Assembly (NCBI GenBank): GCA_002269645.1
Contig: NIVC01000186.1
Coordinates: forward strand, 310,001 to 374,000
Origin: Macrostomum lignano
Lineage: Eukaryota
Direction: 5' to 3'
DNA length: 64,000 nt
Numbering within the stretch: the stretch's first letter is position 1; each line of letters opens with the position of its first letter. Below the pieces are notes generated by a model that saw only the letters and a program-made list of their open reading frames with translations, was not told the DNA's origin and searched no databases. Positions 47,455 through 60,200 of this stretch are shown in pieces. The translations under genes were made by a program, and so were the position numbers.

Positions 47455-48620
47455 TATCCTGTGACACAAACCTTAGCCCATTCTGTGACACAAACATTAG
47501 CCCATCCTGTGACAAAAACATTAGCCCATCCTGTGACACAAACATTAGCCCATCCAGTGACACAAACCTTAGCCCATTCTGTGACACAAACATTAGCCCA
47601 TCCTGTGACAAAAACATTAGCCCATCCTGTGACACAAACATTAGCCCATCCTGTGACACAAACATTAGCCCATCCTGTGACACAAACATTAGCCCATCTA
47701 GTGACACAAACATTAGCCCATCTAGTGACACAAACATTAGCCCATTCTGTGACACAAACATTAGCCCATTCTGTGACACAAACATTAGCCCATCCAGTGA
47801 CACAAACATTAGCCCATCCTGTGACACAAACATTAGCCCATCCAGTGACACAAACATTAGCCCATCTAGTGACACAAACATTAGCCCATTCTGTGACACA
47901 AACATTAGCCCATCCAGTGACACAAACATTAGCCCATCTAGTGACACAAACATTAGCCCATTCTGTGACACAAACATTAGCCCATTCTGTGACACAAACA
48001 TTAGCCCATCTAGTGACACAAACATTAGCCCATCCAGTGACACAAACATTAGCCCATCCTGTGACACAAACATTAGCCCATCCTGTGACACAAACATTAG
48101 CCCATCTAGTGACACAAACATTAGCCCATCTAGTGACACAAACATTAGCCCATTCTGTGACACAAACATTAGCCCATTCTGTGACACAAACATTAGCCCA
48201 TCCAGTGACACAAACATTAGCCCATCCTGTGACACAAACATTAGCCCATCCAGTGACACAAACATTAGCCCATCTAGTGACACAAACATTAGCCCATTCT
48301 GTGACACAAACATTAGCCCATCCAGTGACACAAACATTAGCCCATCTAGTGACACAAACATTAGCCCATCCTGTGACACAAACATTAGCCCATCCAGTGA
48401 CACAAACATTAGCCCATCCTGCGACACAAACATTAGCCCATCCTGTGACACAAACATTAGCCCATCCAGTGACACAAACATTAGCCCATCCTGCGACACA
48501 AACATTAGCCCATCCAGTGACACAAACATTAGCCCATCCTGTGACACAAACATTAGCCCATCCAGTGACACAAACATTAGCCCATCCAGTGACACAAACA
48601 TTAGCCCATCCAGTGACAAA
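47455..48620. repeat. 24-bp minisatellite (GTGACACAAACATTAGCCCAT+variable triplet), about 49 units
   Basis: Direct reading; begins about 140 nt past the ASH2L stop. Confidence 0.97.
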
Positions 48621-48761
48621 AGCATGTGTCACTGGATGTGCCAATTCAGTGACACAAGCATTTGCTCATCTAGTAACGTTTAACGAGAAACTTAAGATCT
48701 AATCCCCTTAAGAGAAATATTTTATGCTAAAAGGCAGATTACAACCAAACAGTAAGAGAAT

Positions 48762-49157
48762 TCACTTGGTCAGCATCCTGTCAAGCCGATCAGCTCCATC
48801 CAGATTATCAACAATCTCAGCTAGGCACTGCTCAACAGCTTGCTCCTCAACTCGTTGGCACATTGGCAGCCAATCGGCAACATCGGTTGGCTGGTAGCGG
48901 AATTCCGGACCAAAGTTAGCCTGCACCTGAGCGGCCTTGTACAGACTGATAGCTGGATAATAAGTATTGGCGTAGAGTTTGCCGAACGCTACGCCCATTG
49001 GCTGCCCGTTGCGATAGAAACGGATCTCGCTGCCCAACTGCAGTCGAAGCGATTTCTCCTGTTTCTGCACCTCGTCGCGCTCCTCGTAGTAGAGACAATT
49101 CTTGAACTTGATCAGTTGACTGGACTTGTGAGTTGGCGGCAGGCAATCGAGGGTTAC
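48762..49157 (-). CDS. ASH2L: ASH2L terminal coding exon
   Basis: [21 protein letters not shown] matches the ASH2 LPxTYKDxxLIKFKxxLYxEE pattern; stop TGA. Confidence 0.9.
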   Translation of the reverse strand, partial: VTLDCLPPTHKSSQLIKFKNCLYYEERDEVQKQEKSLRLQLGSEIRFYRNGQPMGVAFGKLYANTYYPAISLYKAAQVQANFGPEFRYQPTDVADWLPMCQRVEEQAVEQCLAEIVDNLDGADRLDRMLTK

Positions 49158-51385
49158 CTGCAGTTTTTTTTATTTTTGTTGGACTAAATTCTAGCAGTTT
49201 ATACATAGATCAAACATGCCTGAATCATCTCCAACTTCACTAGTCACTAATTCCTACCTGACACACTAAACTAGTCTGACAAGCATTCAACATTCTGCCA
49301 GTTTCGCAGAATAGCTTGGCAGTGTCCTCACTAGCAACGACACAATCGCAGAGTGCTGGGAATTTCGCTACCTCGGCTCTCTTGTCACCTCTCCAAGTGA
49401 CAAGTGGGGACAAGCCCGGAGGTCAGCCGACCAGCTCAGCCCCCTGTCTTCACCTCAACGATGGGCCCAAACTCCGCATTTTCTGAGCTGCGATCGAGTC
49501 CATCGAGCCCATCACTGCAAGCCGAGAAGAAGTCTGAATGCGGCCTACAGAGCTATGCTGCGATTCTCGCTGAACATACGCTAACCATTGCACCCTCTCA
49601 AGCCGTGCTCTGATGGCGAAAACCAGCATCCCACCGCTGACCGACATCCTCAGACAGCAAAGGCAGACTCCTCGGACACGTGCTCAGGAGGCACGGGCGA
49701 TGGGGAGAAGCCAATCCGCTAGCAGTCGTAGTTGCCAACGCACCTCAGGAGGAGGGATTTCGTCTTGGACGAGCCGGCCCCACGACCCTCATTGACACCG
49801 ACTCCTAGCGAGGCCATGCGCCTTCCCTCTGCGCGATGTTGACAGTCTGCATTTTTAATGAGACCGCACACAGTTGACTCACCTGGGTGGGCTCCTGCAG
49901 GACGATCAGACAGCCGATTACGTCACCCTGTCTGTAGCCGGACTCGGTGTAGTGCCGGCCGCGGGCGTCGTGAAACGCGGTGCCTTTGCGGCTGCGCCAG
50001 GAGTAGGAGAATTTGTCGCAGCCTACAGGTGCCTGTCGGGTGGGGCGGGGCGGCGGACGATGATGGGACGAATGGTAACAGCTGAGCCGGTGCAAAATCT
50101 AATCCCCTGGCCTAGGGTTTATTTTATTTTTGTATCAGCGTGTGTCAACTTTAATCTTGGCATCCTTGGAATTTCAAGACTTCTATCAATTGTCAAATTC
50201 GAGTATCTGTAAACATGGAGTCTGCAGACCTTTGAAACTTCTGTGGGTCAGAGCTTCAGAAATGTCAAAGATAGGGTACAAATGATGGTATCTTGTTTGA
50301 TTTTACCTCAATTTCCATTGTCTAGAAAAATCAAAGCTTAACCAATCAGCTAATGAGTTTCCCTAAACTTGTTCCTCAACTCAGTTCACAGCTCTTCAAG
50401 TTGGTCTCTCAACTCAGTTACCAGATCCTCATGTTGGTTTCTCAACTCAGTTCCCAGATCCTCAGGTTGGTTTCTCAACTCAGTTCCCAGATCCTCAGGT
50501 TGGTTTCTCAACTCAGTTCCCAGATCCTCAGGTTGGTTTCTCAACTCAGTTCCCAGATCCTCAGGTTGCTTTCTCAACTCAGTTCCCAGATCCTCAGGTT
50601 GCTTTCTCAACTCAGTTCCCAGATCCTCAGGTTGGTTTCTCAACTCAGTTCCCAGATCCTCAAGTTGGTTTCTCAACTCAGTTCTCAGATCCTCAGGTTG
50701 GTTTCTCAATTCAGTTTCTATTACCTACCCTCTAGTAACTAGTAACTAGTCCGCCACCTCCAAAACAGGTCCAGCATCCCCTCGCGGATTCTCCATCGCT
50801 CACCTGCAAATTGCCAAGGGCGGCCGACCAGCCAATCCGCGCGGCGGAGCCTTCCGGCATTTCCACCACAGTGGCCTCAAAGTACCAAGCGCCCTTAGAA
50901 ACGCCGTGAGTCGCCCTAATCATGCAATAGCCTTTGTCGCCAGTAACTGACAGCTGATTCTCGGCCAGTTTCAATTGCGGCGCCCGGTCGCTCATGGACA
51001 ACAGCAGAGCCGGTGGCGCCCAGGCCCGATAGAAATAGCCGGGTATTGGCTGCCCACTGGTGCTCTCGCATTGGTCCCACTGCTGCCGACCCGGAGCGTG
51101 CAAATCCGGCTCAGCCAAGGTGTACCTGTTGGCCAGGAGGTGAAATAAGACATTATTTGCCAATAAAAAAGACAGACAATGAAGAGGTACTAAGGGTCTG
51201 TCCACTTAAGCTCGTCAAGTAGAGCCCGAGTAAGCTATGTACACAAATGATACGTCATACCAGGTACGTCATCTGGGGACGATTAGGGATTCCACCTTAT
51301 GAGCTTAAGTTTACATAATAGTCCCTACTTTGCTCCTTGCTTGTTCTCTCCTATCCCAGGTCCAATTTTTGTACCTGGGACCTTG

Positions 51386-51460
<75 letters not shown>

Positions 51461-52502
51461 CCTATCTATCTCTATCTATCTATCTACCTGTCTATCTATC
51501 TGCTGTGGGCAATTAAGCCCAAGCAGAGTTAATTTATTTTGAGCATTTGTATGCCATACAGTATTCGCGACGCTCAGGTCTCGCATCTCAATTCTTTAGG
51601 CTTGGCGGCCCAGCTGCAAAATAAACTAGCAAAGGCAATCGCAACGGACCGAGACCGGAGCTAGTTGCTTATGGCACATAACAACACATACTCTAAATAC
51701 TCTAAACGCACGCTCACACAGGGTGAACAGGGTGCCTCTCTGCACATTCTGTTTGCATTGCTCTATGGCTGTGAATCGCACGACAACCCCCTCTCGCCGC
51801 GCACGGAATCGAACCGGGGGTCGTGGCGCGATACTCGGACGCGTTTACCGCTGAGCTGCTCTGCCTCAAGCAACACACCTGTAATTGTCCTTATTAAACG
51901 GATGCTCCACTGGGAAGCCCTGGGCGTTCACTTTGACCCGTTCGGCTTCCAGTCGCGATCTGGTGCCACGCAGGTCGGCGCCGGGCCCGGCGCGACGCTT
52001 CCCGCGCCCCGGCATCTGGACGTTGAGCTTAGATAAATCGGTCTTGAGCCCGGAGGCCAGTGCGCGAAATTGATCATAGTTGGGACCGATGCGGGACAGG
52101 TCGGAATTGGCCAGGGACACCAGGGAGTCCTCCTGCGATTGGTCCTGGGACGGCTCGCTGGCTGACACTTTGGTCACCTGGCAGTGCGGGGCGGGTGACA
52201 GAGTGAATTAAATACTGTTTATTAATATCGCGGCAACACTTTAACCACGGACTGGATACGCTCGTAGGTTCGTACGCTTGGACAAGGAACTAAAATAATT
52301 TTGTAACTAGGCTATTACATGCAGTATTGGCTACGAGGGGTAATAGACTATGTTGCTGGATAAGGCTTAAGAACTTAAAGGCTTAAAATCTACCTACCAA
52401 GTACCAATCTGTCAATCTCTATCTATTTATCTTTATCTATCCATCTGTCTGTATTCTATTTACCTACCTATCTCTACATGTATTTATCTATCTATCTATC
52501 TG

Positions 52503-52569
<67 letters not shown>

Positions 52570-52593
52570 GTCTATCTATCTATCTATCTATCC

Positions 52594-52689
<96 letters not shown>

Positions 52690-52690
52690 G

Positions 52691-52752
<62 letters not shown>

Positions 52753-52753
52753 G

Positions 52754-52785
<32 letters not shown>

Positions 52786-52786
52786 G

Positions 52787-52828
<42 letters not shown>

Positions 52829-53593
52829 GATCTATCTATCTATCTACCTATCTATCTATCTGTCTATCTATCTACCTATCTGTCTATCTATCTACCTATC
52901 TATCTATCTAATTATCTAACTATCTATCCATCTATCTAACTATCTATCTTCGTATCCATCTACTTTGCTGTGCTTCGCTGAGTATGGGCTAAAAAATATT
53001 TAGCGTACTCATTTATCATTTCTCTATATTATTGAACAGGATTAATAGCAGACAGGGAGCGTTAAGGATAATATAAAAATCAACAGACTGAAATCTACCA
53101 ACAATCAATTACGCACCTTAAACGTGTCGCTGCTAGCCACAGTCTTGTGTATAGTGACGTACCAGGACTTGTTGCCGCGCCTCGGCTGACTGGCCAGAGC
53201 GTCCCAGTTCTCCTCCAGATACGGTATGAGCTTCTGATCAACGCTAAACTGGCACTGGCCGCCATTCTCAACAGTCAGGTTGGCCAGCGCGGTCTGACAC
53301 ATCACAGCAAAACTCGCCTGCTTCCTGTTGAACACCTCCTCCGCTCTGTTGTTGCACGACTTGCACATGAAATGATAATTAGTCATGAACGGCAGCACGG
53401 AGCCTACGTTGAATTTTATGCAGGCCTTGTGAAACCAGCGGCTGCACTGGCAGCACTGGAACTCAGCCTCGCTGTAGCGCCTCGGCTCGCCGCAGTAGCA
53501 TTGGGCATCCCGAGGCGGCGATACGCTGATCACTTCGCCTGAGACGCCTTTACCGTTGCTGGCGTTGGCCGCGATGCTGTTCTCTGAGCTCAT
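48762..53593 (-). CDS. ASH2L: ASH2-like COMPASS/MLL histone H3K4 methyltransferase subunit: complement(join(48762..49157,49883..50032,50804..51125,51879..52177,53117..53593)); 1644 nt, 547 aa
   Basis: Atypical PHD (CYCGEPR...[13 protein letters not shown]...[14 protein letters not shown]), winged-helix region (ENWDAL...SWYVTIHK), [17 protein letters not shown] ([59 protein letters not shown]), Sdc1/DPY30-binding tail (VEQCLAEI). All introns are GT-AG and in phase. Confidence 0.95.
49400..49800 (+). mobile_element. Degenerate RTE-like LINE 3' fragment in ASH2L intron 4
   Basis: Across frameshifts: [16 protein letters not shown]...[12 protein letters not shown]...RLLGHVLRR...[13 protein letters not shown], resembling RTE C-termini. 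Confidence 0.5.
49883..50032 (-). CDS. ASH2L: ASH2L coding exon 4
   Basis: [17 protein letters not shown]...GDVIGCLI; CAG|GTGAGT donor. Confidence 0.92.
50365..50720. repeat. 33-bp minisatellite (GTTGGTTTCTCAACTCAGTTCCCAGATCCTCAG) about x10
   Basis: Direct reading; ASH2L intron 3. Confidence 0.95.
50804..51125 (-). CDS. ASH2L: ASH2L coding exon 3 (SPRY N-terminal part)
   Basis: AACAG acceptor, CAG|GTGAGC donor. Confidence 0.93.
51388..51500. repeat. (TC)n + (TCTA)n microsatellite
   Basis: Direct reading. Confidence 0.95.
51879..52177 (-). CDS. ASH2L: ASH2L coding exon 2
   Basis: TGCCAG acceptor, AG|GTGTGT donor; [13 protein letters not shown]. Confidence 0.9.
52410..52960. repeat. (TATC)n microsatellite
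   Basis: Direct reading; ASH2L intron 1. Confidence 0.97.
53117..53593 (-). CDS. ASH2L: ASH2L coding exon 1 (PHD and start of winged helix)
   Basis: ATG 53593; AAG|GTGCGT donor. Confidence 0.92.
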
Positions 53594-53754
53594 TGCTTGC
53601 TATCTGCTTCTAGTGGCAAATACTGCTGCTGCTGCTGCAAAAAGAATATGCGCAATGGTATATCTCTCTAAGGGAAACAGAAACACTTAAAGATGAATGA
53701 ATTGATTAACACAGAATCCACTTTAGATTGATTGATGATGTGAAGTTAAAAACA

Positions 53755-54037
53755 CAAACAGACAGGCAGACACAGACAGACAGACAGACAGGCAGACAGA
53801 CAGACAGACAAAACACAGACGGACAGACAGACACAGACAGACAAAACACAGACGGACAGACAGACACAGACGTCAGACAGACAAAACACAGACGGACAGA
53901 CAGACCCAGACAGACAAAACACAGACGGACAGACAGACCCAGACAGACAAAACACAGACGGACAGACAGACACAGACAGACAAAACACAGACGGACAGAC
54001 AGACACAGACAGACAAAACACAGACGGACAGACAGAC

Positions 54038-54080
<43 letters not shown>

Positions 54081-54205
54081 CAGACGAACTGACAGACAGA
54101 CAGACAGACAGACACAGACGGACAGACAGACAGACAGACACAGACAGACAAAACACAGACGGACAGACAGACCCAGACAGACAAAACACAGACGGACAGA
54201 CAGAC

Positions 54206-54248
<43 letters not shown>

Positions 54249-54924
54249 CAGACGAACTGACAGACAGACAGACAGACAGACACAGACGGACAGACAGACA
54301 GACAGACACAGACAGACAAAACACAGACGGACAGACAGACCCAGACAGACAAAACACAGACGGACAGAAAGACACAGACAGACAAAACACAGACGGACAG
54401 ACAGACCCAGACAGACAAAACACAGACGGACAGAAAGACACAGACAGACAAAACACAGACGGACAGACAGACAGACAGACACAGACAAAACACAGACGGA
54501 CAGACAGACAGACAGACACAGACAAAACACAGACGGACAGACAGACAGACAGAGACAGACAAAACACAGACGGACAGACAGACAGACAGACACAGACAGA
54601 CAAAACACAGACGGACAGACAGACAGACAGACACAGACAGACAAAACACAGACGGACAGACAGACAGACAGACACAGACAGACAAAACACAGACGGACAG
54701 ACAGACCCAGACAGACAAAACACAGACGGACAGAAAGACACAGACAGACAAAACACAGACGGACAGAAAGACACAGACAGACAAAACACAGACGGACAGA
54801 CAGACAGACAGACACAGACAAAACACAGACGGACAGACAGACAGACAGACACAGACAAAACACAGACGGACAGACAGACAGACAGACACAGACAGACAAA
54901 ACACAGACGGACAGACAGACAGAC

Positions 54925-54959
<35 letters not shown>

Positions 54960-54992
54960 CAGACGAACTGACAGACAGACAGACAGACAGAC

Positions 54993-55027
<35 letters not shown>

Positions 55028-55230
55028 CAGACGAACTGACAGACAGACAGACAGACAGACACAGACGGACAGACAGACAGACAGACACAGACAGACAAAA
55101 CACAGACGGACAGACAGACCCAGACAGACAAAACACAGACGGACAGAAAGACACAGACAGACAAAACACAGACGGACAGACAGACCCAGACAGACAAAAC
55201 ACAGACGGACAGAAAGACAGACAGACAAAA

Positions 55231-55262
<32 letters not shown>

Positions 55263-55409
55263 CAGACAAAACACAGACGGACAGACAGACAGACAGACAC
55301 AGACAAAACACAGACGGACAGACAGACAGACAGACACAGACAAAACACAGACGGACAGACAGACAGACAGACACAGACAGACAAAACACAGACGGACAGA
55401 CAGACAGAC

Positions 55410-55444
<35 letters not shown>

Positions 55445-55454
55445 CAGACGAACT

Positions 55455-55541
<87 letters not shown>
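53755..55541. repeat. (GACA)n-based compound satellite with recurring CAAAACACAGACG modules, about 1.8 kb
   Basis: Direct reading; lies between MVK and ASH2L. Confidence 0.97.
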
Positions 55542-55544
<3 letters not shown>

Positions 55545-55687
55545 ATTAATGCTAATAAAGGTGAGCAATGCTATTGAATGTACAGAAGGCATTCGCTGCG
55601 CTCACCAATGCCAATAAAAACAAACTACTAAGCCTAAAGCAGGCTATGGAGGACATTTTTGAAGCTGGAAGACTTCGACTTTATGGT

Positions 55688-55693
55688 TTATTC
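55688..55693 (-). terminator. Probable MVK polyadenylation signal AATAAA
   Basis: TTTATT on the plus strand, about 205 nt past the stop; T-rich sequence downstream on the minus strand. Confidence 0.5.
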
Positions 55694-55898
55694 AAAAACC
55701 ATTACCAATATTCGGAGTGAAAAAAGACAGTCGTAGAAGTCTCAGGCATTGCACACGCTCCAACTTAGAATTTGGTTTCGACTAACATGTACTGCAACTG
55801 TGACTGTAACATTTAAATAAAATAAAACACATAGAAACCCAGATAGAAACTCAAAACGAGGAAAAGCAAAAACTGAATAAGGAATTGATTGTATCTGA

Positions 55899-57218
55899 TC
55901 AATCATCTTTGCTCCAAAGCTCTTCATCTTCAGCTGATGTCTCCTGCGGATCCTCGAGGCGAACCCCGGGCTCGCCCAGCTGCACAGGCTGCAGTGAGGC
56001 GCACGCGGGGGCCAGCGAGTCCAACAACGCCTGCTGCTGGCAGGCTCCAGGAATAAAGATCAAAGCGCAGCCGCCGCCGCCCGCACCCGTAAGCTTGGCG
56101 GCGGCTCCGTGTGCCTCGGCGACCTGGCAAATGCCATCAAGCAAGGGGTGAGACACGCCCAGACAGTCCAGGAGGCGCTGATTTAACCGCACCAAAGCCA
56201 GGTAGTCCGCCTCGTCCGTAGACGACGCCGTACCCGTTGCCATAGCAACCAACAGACGCCTGGCTGACTCGCTAACCGAATCGATTGCGTCGATAATTCG
56301 CCGGATCGAAGCGCCGAGGTTGGCAGAGTCGGCTAGCTGGCGAACCCCGGCCACCAGGCTGGCGGTGCTGCGGGCCTGGCCGGTGTCGGCCACGTACACA
56401 GTCGGTAGCGACACTCCGCTCGCCCTCAGTAAGCTATCGGCCTCTGGCAGCAGAGGAGTCGGAGGACCCGGCCGACGGTAGGCGATGAAACCGCCGCGCA
56501 CAGAGCAGGCATTGTCGACGCCGCTAGGCCTGCCGTGGACCAGAGTCTCGGCGGCGAAGGCGGCGGCTTCCAGCCGTGACAGATCCAGCTGCTCCCGCCC
56601 GGCCAGCGCCTCGCAGATGGCGGCCAAAGCGGCCGCGTAGGCAGCCGAGGAGCCGAGGCCGCCGCCGATCGGCAGTTTGCCAGTAACTAGGAAAGCTACG
56701 TTGCCTAGCAACGGTGGCTTTAGCCAGGCGTAGACGGCGATAAAAGCGGCGAGGGCGAGGCGGCACAGTTCGCGCTGCCGCTGCTCCTCAAACTGCTGGG
56801 CGTCCGCAACCCGTTTGGCCATGGCGCCGATGTTCGCAAGCTCAGCGTCGGAGAATGGCGGCTCGTCGCCTGCGGCTTCTGCCGGCTTCCCAATCGAAGC
56901 CTTGGCAACAGGGAATGCCGTCTCCAGTTCTGCAGAGTCTAAACAGGCTCGCATAGCCAGAGCGGGAAAGTTTAGCACAATGGGTCCGGCATGGGATCTG
57001 CTGTAGCTGCCAGAGTCCAGACTATCAGCTGGGCGCCATCTGGCCGTGATTCGGCATCGCTGAGAGATGGCGCCAGCAACGGCCAGAGCGCCATAGACAA
57101 CAGCGTGTTCACCGTGTAGAATAACCTTGCCAGGGGCCGAGGCTGACACACTGCACCAGCCATCTCTAGCGACATGGCTATTCACAGTGCCAGTTTGTAG
57201 CTTGGACAAAGAAGTCAT
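55899..57218 (-). CDS. MVK: Mevalonate kinase (GHMP kinase), intronless, 439 aa
   Basis: SAPGKVILHGEHAVVYG, LPIGGGLGSSAA, ETLVHGRPSGVDN, NQRLLDCLGVSHPLL, KLTGAGGGGC. Confidence 0.96.
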   Translation of the reverse strand: MTSLSKLQTGTVNSHVARDGWCSVSASAPGKVILHGEHAVVYGALAVAGAISQRCRITARWRPADSLDSGSYSRSHAGPIVLNFPALAMRACLDSAELETAFPVAKASIGKPAEAAGDEPPFSDAELANIGAMAKRVADAQQFEEQRQRELCRLALAAFIAVYAWLKPPLLGNVAFLVTGKLPIGGGLGSSAAYAAALAAICEALAGREQLDLSRLEAAAFAAETLVHGRPSGVDNACSVRGGFIAYRRPGPPTPLLPEADSLLRASGVSLPTVYVADTGQARSTASLVAGVRQLADSANLGASIRRIIDAIDSVSESARRLLVAMATGTASSTDEADYLALVRLNQRLLDCLGVSHPLLDGICQVAEAHGAAAKLTGAGGGGCALIFIPGACQQQALLDSLAPACASLQPVQLGEPGVRLEDPQETSAEDEELWSKDD

Positions 57219-60200
57219 GAACAGATTTATTAATGCTTTGTTATTTGTGTGGCTAGATCAATTCAATTTATTCTCGCTCTTTCATACCTTGCACTAATAA
57301 GGTTAGTTAGTTATTCTAGTAAGGTGTCTTATATTTTTGTATGAATTCTACTAGACTAATTTTTAGTATTTATTAGCACTGAAATCATCTATAAACATAA
57401 ACTATATGAATGCAACTTTAACCTTAAATAGTGGCATAACTAGAAATTTAACAAGAATAGATGCTAATAGATAGACCCAAAAGGGTTGCAAGCCTGTATT
57501 GTAGTGAACATTTTCTTGGCCTCTTCTTGCAATTTTTCAAGGTTCTAGACTTTACTTGACTGAAAAGTAATTGCGATATGGCCTATTTGATATAGTATTA
57601 TATCATTATGAAGCTTTTATCATTATACTAGCAATTATATATGCAAAATGCCTAGCTAACCTGGCCAATCTAGTTAGGTAACAAGGTGATCAAGGTAGGT
57701 GTTGTGTAATAAGAGGTGACTAGAAAGTCAAACAGTCATTTTCAGGGCCATCCTAAAGTAACTTAGCAAATATGCAAGCTACAAGGAACACTATGATGTG
57801 GTCCAGTTTCCTAATACTAAAATAAATTCTCTCTTTGTTCCTACAGTGCACATTTGGCACAAACCCATGTATTTTTCTTTCATACAACATAATAGTATTC
57901 TGTAAGTATATTGCAAAACTGATCAATGGAATACCAAAAAATTATAAGAAAGTTTTATATGATTGAACAAAATTTCTAAAATGAAAATTTTTTATAAGTG
58001 AATAAAAAATCAAAAGAGAATTTAAATATCAAAGATATAAACTTAAAACTAGGAAAAAATTAAATTGCATATAGGGGGCCTAGACTATTATAGAGCAGAT
58101 TTATATTGCAAAAAGGCTTTTTATAGAAACAATTTTATATTTTTATAGAAAACTATATTACTTTGCTACTAGTTAGATTGCCTAAATAAAATTTATGAGG
58201 TTGGAAATATAGTTATATATCCTAGCAATCTTAAATCCTATTGAAGAAAACCTATTGCACAATCAATTTATATCCAAATTTAGTAAGTAAATATATAGTA
58301 AATTATAGAAAATTCTTTTTTAGTACAATATTAAAAATTTAATTCTAGAAAGTTCTTAAATTTATTTAAATGCTAACTTTAGTTCTGAAGTATTAATATA
58401 AAATTTATATAAGTAAAAGTAGGCCCTATAAATACCCTTGTATGGTAATTATTCTTATAAGCATTTTTGCTAGTTTCTTTTAACACTAGGCCCCTAGCAA
58501 TTTTGTTTTAATGATTGGAATTTATAGATTTTTTAAGGTAATATGCAAAGCAATATTATTAAATAAATAGGCACTTAGTAAACAACTTCCCCTCTTTTTG
58601 TTTTTACTAGATCTAATATTCTGAACCTAAAGAACCAGTCTAGCTCTCTATAATAAGCCTACTTTTTGGCATGAAGCGACCTTATAACTGGTTCACAATA
58701 AAGCAATACCAAAAAATGTCCTTTGTTTAACAAAAAGACTTAATTCTATTAAATATTGATGCACCCCTAGAGCAAAAATCTATAAACAATGTTAGGCCAA
58801 CTAGCTACCTAATAGTAGCAACCATTGCTATCAAGCTAGGCCTAGCACTTTTTTTTATTGAAACAATATCCCATAATCTAGCTTTGCACCTTGGAGGCCT
58901 AGTTCAAATTAGTATATATATTATCTCCAAGAAAAGCTAGTTTTTTCTCTAATTGCTCATTTGGCAGTATATATCAGCTTGGTATTCAATTAGCTTGCCA
59001 AAATAATTGCATAAGTGCATTGTATTTATAAAAAGAGGCTATTAAAACATTTTTGCCAATGTTAAAATTTGGCCTAGGACTAGTAGTAAAACCTTCTCTA
59101 TAGCTAGGGACCTTAAACTAAATAAACTGGGCCTTAGCCCTAGGCCTAGTCTTTAACTGCATACTTGTAAGGTCTAAGCCTACAAAAAAGTAAAAAGTTA
59201 TGCCTAGGCACCACTAGGTCTATGATTATATATATTTTTGGCATTCTTTTGTTTTACGATCCCCTTACATTTGTCCTATAGAACATGGCACTTTCGTTAT
59301 ATGATCCCCTATGTAAAAGGATAGGAGTCTTGCTTACATATCAGTGGAGTATATTCTAGTTAGTTTCGTGATATGGTTCTCAAGTTTGAATTGGTGCTGC
59401 AACGATTACCCTAATTAATCGTAAGCCATGAATCTTCTTGGCAATAATAGGAATGTCCTTATATTCACTTTTGTTATACGATCATTTAAATGGAAGAAAT
59501 GTATGGAAAGGGATTGGATAATGAAACTTGGGCTTTTCATCAATTTCGTAATACGATCCTCAAGGCAAAAATTTGTTTGGAGGGCAGGCATGTTGCGGAA
59601 AAATTCGCTTATAAAATATATATTGTACCCTATAAAAAGGCTTAAATATATGTACCATGTTCTCGATACTTCAAAACTTATGTTGTGTTAAACAAAAGTT
59701 TTTAATCAATAGTGTAGTACAAAGAAAAAAATTAAGTGATACAATGCATGTGTTTTTTATGTACAATTATTTTTAATATCGTTATAAGCTAACAGATAGC
59801 CTATTTGGATTACATTTAAAATGTATGATATTGTCTGGTTGTGCATGTCATGCAGTCAACAGGTAGCTGTTCTTGCTTGCCGTTTTCAGCTTATGCTAGT
59901 ACTAGGTCTGTTTGCAGCTTATCACTCTCGACTATAGAAGTGTCAAATAAAGTTTAGCAACTTTTTAGGCCTTGTCCTTGATTCATTGATATGACAGTTG
60001 GGTAAGGCCTAGACTTTGCCTTGGCCTTGGGAAATTTTTGTCAACATAACAGACTCAAAGTAGGCCTAGGCCTTAAATGTGAAATCAGTAGGCCTAGCTA
60101 AATTCAAGTGGTATGTATTTTATTAATGTTTCCAGCCCTACTTTGCTGACTACCCCCATACCCAAGCTACTTTTTTATCAATGCTTTGAGCACCAAAAAA

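Noticed and set aside
46490-48620. Regular 24-35-bp repeats superficially like CRISPR arrays
   Set aside because: No unique spacers between repeats, no cas genes, and a eukaryotic context.
55899-57218. Horizontal transfer of the intronless MVK from bacteria
   Set aside because: Length, the insertion after the N-terminal motif, HGEHAVVYG/HGRPSGVDN motifs and codon style fit eukaryotic MVK and neighbouring host genes; lack of introns alone is not evidence.
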